Origin: a virus
Taxonomy: Duplodnaviria > Caudoviricetes
DNA length: 54,759 nt
Strand: one strand, 5' to 3'
IMG/VR virus record: IMGVR_UViG_3300030098_005273
Span: 1-54,759 of that record
The translations under genes were made by a program, and so were the position numbers. The notes below the pieces were generated by a model that was given only the letters and a program-made list of their open reading frames with translations, had not been told where the DNA came from and did not search any database. Position 1 is the stretch's first letter, and every line of letters begins with the position of its first letter. This document shows positions 14,823 through 25,000 of the stretch, piece after piece.

Positions 14823-17366
14823 ATGGCATTAAATTTTCATCAACAGATTGACGGATTAACAGGTTTAGTAGCAGGGACAAATCCTACCACTGCCGAGGTA
14901 ACTGCGTTTCTTAAAGACGGAGTAATAGATGTTACCGAAAGAATGGTGTTATTAAATCCAAGAGAAGTCACTGCTTTTATGAGAGAAACTGCAGAGCTTA
15001 CTGATAATGGCTTTAACCCAGGCACTTCTAAAATAATTACTGTATTGAGAGAAACAGGGACTAATAATGATTGGAGAGCGTGTGAGGTTATTCCACCTGA
15101 GTTACAGTCTAGAGTTAAAGATAAAAGCAGTATTTATTATGCCTCAAAATTTAGTCCTGTATATTTTATAACTCAAAATTCAAATGTACATGTGGTCCCA
15201 GACCCATCTGGCACAGGTCATAATAAATATAAAATTTTATATATAAATAATGTTCCAGAGGAAGGAGATGGAACAGAGTTGCAGTACGATTCAGAAACGA
15301 TAAAATGGTTCCCAAAAGACAAAGTTTACTTAGTGGTGCTATATGCAGCTGTTAGATGTTTAGGTCATGTTTTAGCTTCAAAAGAAATAGAGCCTGAACT
15401 AACCTTGCCTATAGCTCCTGAAACTATAAGCTTATCTACAACTAGCACAAGTCTTCCTACAATGGGAGCTATAGAGCCTTTTGTAGGGCTTCAAGATTTA
15501 GGAGATGTTAATGTAGATTTTACTGAAGTTGGAAGTTTTCCTACATTTAATTCTCCAATATTAAGTTATTCAGACGCACCTAATATTGGGTCATTTTCAA
15601 TATCAAGTACAGCACCTGTAGCTCCATCTTCTCCAAATATATCGTCAGGAGGAATAAGTGCAGCTGGAGCTTCTTTTACTGGAATTGCTTTGCCAGTTTA
15701 CGTACCCCCAACAATTTCTATGGCTAGCGTACCAAGCATAGGTACTTTATCGATATCTGCAATGCCGCCTATCGCTCCAGACTTATTAGATAGGCTTAAT
15801 TCTAAAGTAGATTTTTCTAGTAGAGTTGAAAGTCATGAACCTACTTATACGGAAGTTTCTAAGCCTGTTTTTAGCACTACTGCTAGTATATCTGGATTAG
15901 ACTTTTCAATGGATTTTAGCGGGATAACTGTTCCTACGGTACCTGTTTTTAATACTCCAATTATTAATGAAGGAGGTATTACAGACCCAACATTTACAGT
16001 TCCTCCTCTACCTGATTTAAATTATTCTGATGTAAATGATTGGATAAATACTGAAGAAGATGCAGAAATGTCACAAGCAAGAGTTCAGGAGATCCAAACT
16101 AAAATTCAACAGCATAACGATGAAGTTCAAGCTGAGGTAGCTAGATGGAATAATGCAAATGCTATATTGCAAAAAGATTTAAATATAGCTCAGCAAAATG
16201 CTCAATTTGAAAACGAAGGTAATTCTAATAATATTCAAAGGTTTGCTTCAGATGTTCAAAGATATCAAGCTGAGGTTCAAAAAGTAGTTCAACAACATCA
16301 GGCAGAGCAATCTTTAAGAATTCAAGGTTATCAAGCGGAAGTAAGCTCTGATTTGCAATTACATTTACAAGAAGTAAATGCTTACAATATAGAAACTCAA
16401 AGCAATGTTAATAAGTATCAAAAAGAATTAGCTATATATCAATCAGAAGTTCAAAAGGCTATGCAAGATGCTAATTTATCGTCTCAAGTAGATCAAAATG
16501 CAATTCAAAAATATCAGACTTCAATTACTGAGTATCAAAATGTCGTTAATAAAGAAGTTCAAGAGTATTCTAACAATTTAAATAAAGACATACAAATGTT
16601 TCAAATTGAAAGAAATACTCAAATTCAAAAATATCAATCCGACATTCAAAATGAAATGCAAGTAATGCAGAACGGTTTAAATGTCTATCAAGCTGAAACT
16701 CAAAGAATTATTTCTAATGCTCAATTATTGAGTCAGGAATATAGAGAAGAAGCTTCTTTAGATCTTCAAGCCCAAATACAAGATTATGCTAGCTCTATGC
16801 AAAAGTATTCTGCAGAATTACAAGAATATCAAGCTAATATACAAAAAGAAGTTATTAGTTATTCTACAAAATTAGATAAAGACATAGCAGTATGGAATCA
16901 AAAAAGACAGACAGAACTAGGACAATTTACACAAGAGATTCAAGCTGAGGTAGCTAGGGTTTCAAACGGAGGGCAAGATTATGCTCAAAAAGTTGGAAAA
17001 GCTTTACAAAAGTATCAAGCTGAAACTGGATACGATGTTGCAAAGCATCAGGCGGACTTACAAAATAGGGTGCAACTATTTAATAATAATCTTACAAAAA
17101 TTTCAACAAGTTTTACAAATGATCTGCAAAAATATTCAGCAGAAACTCAAAACATTAATTCAGAAAATCAAGCAAAGCTAGCAAAATATCAAGGAGAGGT
17201 CCAAAAATATGGAGCCGAATCTAACACTATTATTCAAGAGTTTAATAGTAAATTGCAAAGATATAATTTGAATTATGGCTGGATGCAGTCAAGACAAAGT
17301 GAATTAAAACAACAATACGAAACAGCTTTTCAAATGATGGCTCCAGGACAGCCTCAGGAAGCTTAA
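14823..17366 (+). CDS. Virion structural protein: adaptor-like N-terminus, Pro-rich linker, Gln-rich coiled coil
   Basis: 847 aa; recurring QKYQ(A/S)E(V/L/I)Q segments in the C-terminal half. Confidence 0.7.
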   Translation: MALNFHQQIDGLTGLVAGTNPTTAEVTAFLKDGVIDVTERMVLLNPREVTAFMRETAELTDNGFNPGTSKIITVLRETGTNNDWRACEVIPPELQSRVKDKSSIYYASKFSPVYFITQNSNVHVVPDPSGTGHNKYKILYINNVPEEGDGTELQYDSETIKWFPKDKVYLVVLYAAVRCLGHVLASKEIEPELTLPIAPETISLSTTSTSLPTMGAIEPFVGLQDLGDVNVDFTEVGSFPTFNSPILSYSDAPNIGSFSISSTAPVAPSSPNISSGGISAAGASFTGIALPVYVPPTISMASVPSIGTLSISAMPPIAPDLLDRLNSKVDFSSRVESHEPTYTEVSKPVFSTTASISGLDFSMDFSGITVPTVPVFNTPIINEGGITDPTFTVPPLPDLNYSDVNDWINTEEDAEMSQARVQEIQTKIQQHNDEVQAEVARWNNANAILQKDLNIAQQNAQFENEGNSNNIQRFASDVQRYQAEVQKVVQQHQAEQSLRIQGYQAEVSSDLQLHLQEVNAYNIETQSNVNKYQKELAIYQSEVQKAMQDANLSSQVDQNAIQKYQTSITEYQNVVNKEVQEYSNNLNKDIQMFQIERNTQIQKYQSDIQNEMQVMQNGLNVYQAETQRIISNAQLLSQEYREEASLDLQAQIQDYASSMQKYSAELQEYQANIQKEVISYSTKLDKDIAVWNQKRQTELGQFTQEIQAEVARVSNGGQDYAQKVGKALQKYQAETGYDVAKHQADLQNRVQLFNNNLTKISTSFTNDLQKYSAETQNINSENQAKLAKYQGEVQKYGAESNTIIQEFNSKLQRYNLNYGWMQSRQSELKQQYETAFQMMAPGQPQEA

Positions 17367-17381
17367 CAAGGGGAATAAAAA

Positions 17382-17873
17382 ATGGCAAATAAGAATACAC
17401 CAACATTTGCAGTTTCGGTAACGCCAAAAGTGTCATTAGACAATGATCCAGGCCTTCACGATGCTATGGATGTTATACATGAAGATGTTAGAAAAACATT
17501 GGGCGGAGGCGGTACTGTTACAGGAACAGGAACAGAGGCTCTAGGAGGAACAGGAGGTTCTTGGGCTAATGGAACATATAATCAGTTGAATAATAGCTCT
17601 AATGCAGGAGCTATAGCGAATGATGCTGATTCAGATATAGTATTTATAAAACATTTAGGAACACTAGTTGCAGACGGTTCTGCAGCAGATGATTCTACAA
17701 CATCATTGTTAATTAAACATGGCTCAGATGTAATAGCTGAATTACTTAGTGGCGAAGCTATTGTTCTACCAAGACCTGGTGCTTCTTCAGCATTGACTTT
17801 AGCAACTGGTAATGGGTCAGGTGGAACTAGCTCTAATCACGTTAATGTAGAAGTTTTTGTAGCAGGAGATTAA
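17382..17873 (+). CDS. Putative virion structural protein
   Basis: Gly/Ser/Ala-rich, VFIKHLG motif; late operon. Confidence 0.65.
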   Translation: MANKNTPTFAVSVTPKVSLDNDPGLHDAMDVIHEDVRKTLGGGGTVTGTGTEALGGTGGSWANGTYNQLNNSSNAGAIANDADSDIVFIKHLGTLVADGSAADDSTTSLLIKHGSDVIAELLSGEAIVLPRPGASSALTLATGNGSGGTSSNHVNVEVFVAGD

Positions 17874-17874
17874 T

Positions 17875-18156
17875 ATGACTGTTCAAGATATAATGGATAG
17901 ATCTGGTGTTACTCAGACAGGACGAGCTATAGCTTATATAAAAGAAGCTTTAGATGAAATAGCTTTAGAGAGTCCTACTCACGTTAAAAGAGTTAGGATG
18001 GATATTAGTAAGGACAGAAGGTTTTATTCGCTACCTTGGGATTACATTAAAGTCTTAGATATAAGAGTAAAAGATCATCAAAATGAAGATTCTTTATATA
18101 AAAGTATTCCTAGGAGCATTTATGAACCAGAAATAGAGGATTCAGATGGCATCTAA
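17875..18156 (+). CDS. Putative head-tail adaptor-like protein
   Basis: MTVQDIMDR...YIKEALDEI...RFYSLP pattern common in phage adaptors. Confidence 0.55.
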   Translation: MTVQDIMDRSGVTQTGRAIAYIKEALDEIALESPTHVKRVRMDISKDRRFYSLPWDYIKVLDIRVKDHQNEDSLYKSIPRSIYEPEIEDSDGI

Positions 18157-19105
18157 AAAATATGCTTACTATAATAAAGGTAATAAAATAGCTTTAATTC
18201 AGCAAGATAATACTGATGCAAGTAGAACTGATTACGCTAGATATAAAAGTCCTATTGAAAGTGTTTCAGAAGGAATAGAGATAGAGTATTCTTACTCCCC
18301 TTGGCACGATATTCCTCCTATTAATCTTAATAATACAAGCGTAGTAGGTATTATAGGCTGGACTGTAATAGATGGCTTTGTTACATTTATAGAGCCTTTT
18401 AAGGATTTCGCCCCAGATTTTCCAGTTGGTGAATATTTTTATGTAGCATCAGGACCTTGGGCAGGAATTCATAAAGTTCAAGCTACAAATGTAATTACGA
18501 GCGCCAAGGGAGGCTTGCAAACATTTACCAAAGCTAATATTTCTGTCAAACTTCTCGAAGAGCCGATTGTCGATGTAACAGCTGGTGGTGGAATTTATAA
18601 ATATGAGTCTGTCAGTAATCTTTTTGAGTCATTTAATTCAGCTACAGAGCCTTATTTATGGATAACTGGACATAGTACTGTCGCTAATAATAGTTTTTAT
18701 AGCGGTTGGACTTATGATAAGGATGATGATGAGCTATTCGTTACTAAGCAACACGTAGTAGACTTAGTTGGAAGTAAATTTGAAGAACTAGTTACTAATC
18801 CTACGATGACTACCTCTTCAAACGATCTCACAATTTCTATTAGAGAAGCTTTTAAGTCTCTTACTCATATAGTAGCTCCTGCTGCTGTTTCAGTTATGGA
18901 AGATGAGTCTTTCGATATAGATTTAAATAATTATCAAAGTAATGCTATTGTGCTTTATCTTAAGGCTAAAAATGCTGAAGATCAAGGAGATATGGAGAGA
19001 TTTGAGTACTATATGAATAGATTTAGAATGCAATTAGGTAAATTTAGAGGATCACAAAAATACGGCCCTTATATAATACAGGGAAATAGGAATATGTTGA
19101 AATGA
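18146..19105 (+). CDS. Putative tail structural protein
   Basis: 319 aa; helical C-terminus AIVLYLKAKNAEDQGDME; late operon. Confidence 0.6.
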   Translation: MASKKYAYYNKGNKIALIQQDNTDASRTDYARYKSPIESVSEGIEIEYSYSPWHDIPPINLNNTSVVGIIGWTVIDGFVTFIEPFKDFAPDFPVGEYFYVASGPWAGIHKVQATNVITSAKGGLQTFTKANISVKLLEEPIVDVTAGGGIYKYESVSNLFESFNSATEPYLWITGHSTVANNSFYSGWTYDKDDDELFVTKQHVVDLVGSKFEELVTNPTMTTSSNDLTISIREAFKSLTHIVAPAAVSVMEDESFDIDLNNYQSNAIVLYLKAKNAEDQGDMERFEYYMNRFRMQLGKFRGSQKYGPYIIQGNRNMLK

Positions 19106-19560
19106 GTAAGTTAACACCAGGATTACACTTATATCAAGCGATTGAAGCTACAGGTTTGGATATGGCTCAAGTAGGTTTTGTTATGGCTGACGTTCCGCAT
19201 AATCAATTAGGTAATGCTAAATTGATGGATTTTCGTCATGACAGCCCTATTAATTGGCAGACAGGAATATATACTCCTCCTGCAAAAAAATTTGGAGATG
19301 GAAGCAATGATTGGGGTCCTATAGGATTTTATGTAATAGATCAAGCTAATGTGCAGGCTAGCGTTGCTACTATAAATGGAGTTAAAAAGGGAGATGATTT
19401 TGCTAAAAATGGTATATATGCACATAGCACCACTAATAATGCTAATTATGTTGAGTGTGTAAAGGGGGTATTTTGGGGGAATTTTGATCAAATATCTATA
19501 TGGAAACCCCCGCCAGTTCAAACAGTTTACGTTAAAATTATAATAGGACCAAGAACATAG
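19102..19560 (+). CDS. Hypothetical virion protein
   Basis: ATGA overlap; weak resemblance to the next gene (EATGLDMAQVGF vs EISNIALGQGGF; FWGNFDQI vs VYGCFNSI). Confidence 0.65.
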   Translation: MSKLTPGLHLYQAIEATGLDMAQVGFVMADVPHNQLGNAKLMDFRHDSPINWQTGIYTPPAKKFGDGSNDWGPIGFYVIDQANVQASVATINGVKKGDDFAKNGIYAHSTTNNANYVECVKGVFWGNFDQISIWKPPPVQTVYVKIIIGPRT

Positions 19561-19568
19561 GAGATAAG

Positions 19569-19883
19569 ATGGCTCATAAAGGAATAAGAACATATACTGG
19601 TGATGAAATATCAAATATTGCTTTAGGGCAAGGTGGTTTTGATATTATAAACGCTGGTACGGTAACAGCGGCAAGTAAAGGTATTGACCATTGGGTAGCT
19701 TTTAAGGCTATTAATGCAGCAAGTAATGTTTTAGCATTAACGCCTGACGAATACCCAGGGGATCATTTTTCCACCACAGGACTTTCAGGTGGAAGCGCAG
19801 TAACTGTGCCAGATGGTGAAACAGTATATGGATGTTTTAATTCAATAAATTCGAGCGCTATAGTAATGGCGTATCGAGGATAA
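19569..19883 (+). CDS. Hypothetical virion protein
   Basis: AGGAG RBS, 104 aa. Confidence 0.7.
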   Translation: MAHKGIRTYTGDEISNIALGQGGFDIINAGTVTAASKGIDHWVAFKAINAASNVLALTPDEYPGDHFSTTGLSGGSAVTVPDGETVYGCFNSINSSAIVMAYRG

Positions 19884-19902
19884 CTAAAAAGAGGTAACTA
19901 GA

Positions 19903-20142
19903 ATGGGAAAAGAAAATTTCGTATCTAAAGTTATTCATCTTGGAAAAGAAAAGCTTTTTGGCAAAGGCGATGTAAAGATGCCTGGAGCTAAAGCTTCTCC
20001 AGTAAGAGGTGGGTATAAAGGCGGACTTTCAAAACATAAAAGTGTGAAGCATGTAGGGAAAAAGAAAGGTAAGGGTGTAGCAGGTGTAAGATCTGGAGCA
20101 CCATCTATACCTAAAGCACCATTAAAACAATGGAAACCATAA
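19903..20142 (+). CDS. Small basic Lys/Gly-rich protein
   Basis: GAGG RBS; strongly basic 79 aa. Confidence 0.6.
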   Translation: MGKENFVSKVIHLGKEKLFGKGDVKMPGAKASPVRGGYKGGLSKHKSVKHVGKKKGKGVAGVRSGAPSIPKAPLKQWKP

Positions 20143-20143
20143 A

Positions 20144-20293
20144 ATGCAAGATACTATTAAGACTAGCGCAGTAGGATTAGGGGGATCAACTATTGGATTT
20201 TTCAATTGGTTCCCCGAACTTGTTAGTATTATAGTGGGTTTTGCGACATTGGTATACATGATTATAAAAATAAAGAACGAGCTAAAGAAATAA
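20144..20293 (+). CDS. Putative holin (49 aa, not in ORF track)
   Basis: MQDTIKTSAVGLGGSTIGFFNWFPELVSIIVGFATLVYMIIKIKNELKK: hydrophobic segments with basic C-tail. Confidence 0.55.
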   Translation: MQDTIKTSAVGLGGSTIGFFNWFPELVSIIVGFATLVYMIIKIKNELKK

Positions 20294-20302
20294 GGAGGCT
20301 TT

Positions 20303-21079
20303 ATGCCGAAAGAAGGTATTGCAGGTAAGACAGCGATTGTTACACCTGACAAACACTTTCCTTTACACGATAAAAAAGCAATTAATATTGTTTGCAAGGC
20401 AATAGAGATTGTAAAACCAGATATCTATGTTGATTTAGGAGATACTGGAGAGTGGGAGTATTTTAGCACTCATTACTGGAAAGGGAGGAATGCTAAACCG
20501 ATGGAGGATTTAATGCCTCTGTTAGATTTAGATGTTAAGTCAGTTAATGCAGGAATGGATTGGATTGATGAGGCTTTAGATAAGGTTGGCACTAAAGAAA
20601 GGCACTTTGTTCAAGGTAATCATGAGGTCTGGCTCGATAAGTTTGTTATAAGACATCCTTATCTGACTCAGTACAAGACTCAGAATGCTTTAAAATTAAA
20701 AGAGAGAGGATATAAGTTTCATCCTTATAATAGGAAAAAATGTCTAAAGCTTGGTAAGTTAAACTTTACGCATGGAAAATATACAACTAAATACCACTCT
20801 CAAAAGCATTTAGAGCATTATGGTGAAAGCATTATGTATGGTCACACACATGATCTTCAAAGGCATACAGCTACCAAAGCAGGTGGAACTATTAGTTCTT
20901 GGAGCTTAGGATGTTTAAAAGATATTAAGGCTGATGAAGATTGGCTAGGTGGAAAATTGACAAATTGGAACCATGCATTTGCTATAGTAAATTGGTTTAA
21001 AGGTGGGAACTTTACAGTAGAAGTAGTTGAAATAATAAATGGGCAAGCCTCATTATGGGGTAAAGCGATAAATGGATAA
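20303..21079 (+). CDS. Calcineurin-like metallophosphoesterase
   Basis: All five motifs: PDKH, DLGD, GNHE, THG, GHTH. Confidence 0.9.
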   Translation: MPKEGIAGKTAIVTPDKHFPLHDKKAINIVCKAIEIVKPDIYVDLGDTGEWEYFSTHYWKGRNAKPMEDLMPLLDLDVKSVNAGMDWIDEALDKVGTKERHFVQGNHEVWLDKFVIRHPYLTQYKTQNALKLKERGYKFHPYNRKKCLKLGKLNFTHGKYTTKYHSQKHLEHYGESIMYGHTHDLQRHTATKAGGTISSWSLGCLKDIKADEDWLGGKLTNWNHAFAIVNWFKGGNFTVEVVEIINGQASLWGKAING

Positions 21080-21081
21080 TT

Positions 21082-21444
21082 ATGGACGAACAGATACAAA
21101 AACAAGCAGAAGGATTCCTAGGGAACTGGGTTTGGCTATTTGTTTCTGGGGTCGCCTTATTATTATTTAAATCTACTATAGAAACTGTAGTAGAAGGCTT
21201 AAAAGTATTTTTAGGCAAAGATTTAAATACAGATGATGTTGTTATACTAGATGGGAGACCAGCTAGAGTTATTAGAGTAGGTTTATGGAAGACAACATTT
21301 TTTGCTTATGATATAGGAATGGCTAATGGGAAACCTTATGTTAAAGGTGGAACTAAAATACAGATACAGAACGATAAACTCAAGGATCATGTAATAGAAA
21401 GGCCTTTACAGATGCTTGACTTAAGTAAATGGGAAGAAAAATAA
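21082..21444 (+). CDS. Membrane protein with MscS beta-domain-like region
   Basis: TM helix WVWLFVSGVALLLF, then DDVVILDGRPARVIRVGLWKT and IQIQNDKL. Confidence 0.5.
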   Translation: MDEQIQKQAEGFLGNWVWLFVSGVALLLFKSTIETVVEGLKVFLGKDLNTDDVVILDGRPARVIRVGLWKTTFFAYDIGMANGKPYVKGGTKIQIQNDKLKDHVIERPLQMLDLSKWEEK

Positions 21445-21445
21445 C

Positions 21446-21618
21446 ATGGGGACGTTGTAATATTAGTAATAGCTTTTTGGTTAGGACACTTTTTAGATAA
21501 TTATGAATCTGAAAATCCTTGCCCTTCTAATTGTGCAATTGAACATGAACATAGGATAAGAAATGATAAAAGCGATAATACTGGAAAAAATAGTAAGAGC
21601 AGTATCGAAGAAATTTAA
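21446..21618 (+). pseudogene. Small membrane protein whose ATG is one base out of frame
   Basis: Open frame GDVVILVIAFWLGHFLDNYESENPCPSNCAIEHEH...; ATG at 21446 is followed by a G-run one G short of frame. Confidence 0.4.
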
Positions 21619-21796
21619 GTTAGATAAAGTTTTAAAATATGTAGAAGACCCAAATGATGCTGATGATAGAATTGATAAATTAGAAACTACAGTGTTTCAA
21701 CAAGGAAGACTTATAGAGTTTATGTTAGCTGAAAAACCCTGTAAATGTAAAAAGAAAAAATTTGACAATAAACAAGGAGAAAAAGATGAATCTTAA
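21563..21796 (+). CDS. Hypothetical protein
   Basis: AGGA RBS; 77 aa, YVEDPNDAD motif and coiled coil. Confidence 0.65.
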   Translation: MIKAIILEKIVRAVSKKFKLDKVLKYVEDPNDADDRIDKLETTVFQQGRLIEFMLAEKPCKCKKKKFDNKQGEKDES

Positions 21797-21968
21797 AGAA
21801 GTAGTAGCTGATTATTTATTTAACGATGATATGAAAGCTAAGATCATTAAAAGTCTTAACGACAATGTAGATGTGCCTTTTATATCTGAAAAGACAGAAG
21901 AAAAGATATTAATAGCTATTTATGACTCAATAGAAGAGGTTGTTAAGGGTGCAATACTTAAAGACTAG
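21786..21968 (+). CDS. Hypothetical protein (60 aa)
   Basis: AAGGAG upstream of ATG 21786; NVDVPFISEKTEEK motif. Confidence 0.7.
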   Translation: MNLKEVVADYLFNDDMKAKIIKSLNDNVDVPFISEKTEEKILIAIYDSIEEVVKGAILKD

Positions 21969-21987
21969 TATTATAGTTAGAGATAAT

Positions 21988-22096
21988 TATTGGGAGAGGT
22001 CTTCTACAGAACCTCCTTTATTCTCACTTCCTGTAAGCAGTTATGGAAAGTTAACTGTGAGAAAGACCTCTCGCCAATATAAAGGAGGCTTTAATG
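21988..22096 (+). promoter_or_regulatory. Structured leader with an anti-Shine-Dalgarno segment
   Basis: Stem TATTGG-GAGAGGTCTT/AAGACCTCTC-G-CCAATA; internal CCTCCTTTAT (22012-22021) exactly complementary to ATAAAGGAGG (22079-22088). Confidence 0.6.
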
Positions 22097-25000
22097 CCTA
22101 AAGAGTCGAAAACATTTAACGGTTTTGGAGGAGGCCTTAATATAGATAGAGATCTGTCAGATCTTCGTATGGATGGACAAGGGAAGGACGAGTTAAGTGT
22201 ATGCAATCAAGCTCAAGTTGATGATTTGGGTAAAATTCATTTTCAAAAATTTATAGCCCCAACCAGCAATTCTGCTAGACAAGCAGGCTATGACCCTACT
22301 GGAAATAGGCTCTTAATTCACGATGGAAAGCATTATCTTCAGGATGGTATATATAAGCTAGGACATGATATAAATTGGGCTAATAATACTGATTATAGAC
22401 CTGAAACGCCTACTGCTGGCAAATTCAACCCTGCAACACCTGTTAATCAATCTAATGGTGTAGATATAAAATTTTCTATAGATGATTCTGAGCATATTGT
22501 TATATTTAGTGGAGTAGGCTCTTCTTTTAACGATGGGAGTACGGGAATAATATGTGGAAGAACTTCAGCCTCTGCAGATGATATAAAATGGTCTATGGCG
22601 AATCATGACCAATGGGCGATTGCATGGAATGGAGCTCATTGGAACGATGCCCCGACAGGAGCTGCTAACAGTAATGACGGGAATCAAAGAAAACCAAAGC
22701 CATTTGAGGCACTTTGGTCTGGTGATATGGTAGATGCAGATAAGGCTCATGATAGTTCTACTAATGGGGGTGCAGGTGATGGAGGATATTGGGCAAGCCT
22801 AAATAAGTTTGGGCCTGGAACCCAAGGAGGAGAAAGATATGGAATGGGTCTTACAGGTAGCGTAGAGGCAGGTGACGCTGCTGTGGCACTTACTGATCTG
22901 GACACTGTAGCTATATGGCAAAGATCCGATGCTGATGATGGAGTGGGTATTATTTTTAGACCAGGAGACACTGAGCTTAATAATGGTAATTATCCTCCAG
23001 GAGGATATGGAAAAGCTCTTACTAATATTGAAGCTCATGATTTATATGTAGAGCTTCAAGTAAAGGATATACAGGATTTTGATTTAGGGGTAGGTTTTGG
23101 AGTTACCTCAAGAAGAGATGTGACTGGAATGAATCTTGATCCTTCTTCAACTTCGAGCTATAATGATGTGAGAGCTTGGTGGTTGTCTGCACAAACCGTA
23201 TCTAAGGCTGGAGCTATATGGGCACCAGGGGGAAATAATTTTAGAGTTTTTAAACTGCCGTATGAAACTGCAACCAAAACTTCTACAACTTTTAATCCAA
23301 GCAATGTAAGTCGAATGGGGGCTACTTTAAGCCTTATAGATAGCTCTACTTACGCAGCAGATGGCACTAACACAGCTATACCTAGATTAGAAATTAGAGA
23401 CATTAGATTTATACCTCAAGGAGATAACTTTAATTGGGCTGATAACAATTATACCTTTTTTCAAACTACTGTTAAAAATGGCATAGAGTCTTTGCCTTTT
23501 AGATACAGAGATATACCTCAAGGGGGATCATCGCTAAACGAAACTCCTTATTCATTTTTATACGGAGTTAATGCTAAACACAATATGACTCTATATAAAC
23601 CTGCAAATTCTGGGGATGCAGGTAGGATATATTATCAAGAATTAGATGAGAATAATAGTATAAAAGGAGATAAGTTTTTATTAGCAGAGTATGATTATGA
23701 TTTAGGTGTTAGATGGGCCGATTCTGATGATTGGGAGAATTGGGTAACATCGAGCATGACTCATACATTTGAAAACCCTCCAGTAACAAGCACTTATACA
23801 TTTGAATCAGGTTACCCAGAAGGAACTACTTCTTGCAATGCTCTATTTAAGACTTCTGCAGTTATAGGAAGACAGGTATATATTGGTAATTGCGCAAAAC
23901 AAAGAGGTTATAGGAATTTTAATTTAGCCTATGGAGGTTTAAATGAATATGCATCTCATGATAATTTTGAACTTCAAGCAGGTTCATATACTCATCCATA
24001 CGCAATTGTAAGTTTAAATGGTTCAGGAAGTACTATAAATATCAGAAGATCTACATGGATTTCTTTAAGAGATTATGCTGGTACTGCTAAGTTTTATTAT
24101 TGCATATCAGGATCTTCTTCAGGTACAGCATTTCAAGAAGATGCAACTGCTCAAGGGCAATTAGAATCTTTAAAAGAACGAATAGAGTCTTCTAGTGGGC
24201 ATAATGGAACTATAAGATGCAGTCAGGTTTATCAAAAAGGAGGGGCTGGCTCTACATATTATATGGTTCTTACGCAAGATACAGCTGGGACGCAAGGAAA
24301 TACAGCTATTAAATACTATATGGGGGACGAGGTTGACCTAATTACAGATTTTATAGGAGGAGATAATCCTATTGTTGCTGGAGACCAAGTATGGCTAGAG
24401 GGGACTACTTCTAATAATTCAGCAACTCTTAATAAGTATTTTCAAACAGATGCAACTATAAGTGCAGATTTGGCTACAAACGCAGAAGGAACTGGTAGAG
24501 AAACTATATCAGATGATATAAATCTTGGAGCATTTACTTCAAAGGGTCAAGGTCAAATGATAGGCAATGCAAGAAATTATGATTTAGATGAAAATAGCTG
24601 TAATTGGGTTGTATACGCTCCTTCAGGGGCAGCTCCTACATTTAATACAGCTACAGCATCTAAACCGTATATAGATTTTATATATGGAGCTAGTGGCGAA
24701 TGGCAAGGATTCCAGTTAAGTAATAGCCATATTCATACTATTATTCCAGGGCAAAGATATAGAATAACTGTAAATATAAGCCAAATGCCTGCAGGAATGG
24801 ATTGTGATTGGAGAGTATATTTTGGGGGAGTTTATTCTGAAATATTGCATACCACTGATTCAGATAATGCAACAGGTCACGATATGGATCTCGAAGTAAC
24901 TGCCACTGCAGATACTGATATGCGTATTGAAATGAAAAATGGAGATGTTGCATCTGAGGTAAGATTTGATTTTATTGGGGTAAAGCATTTAAGCAGTGGC

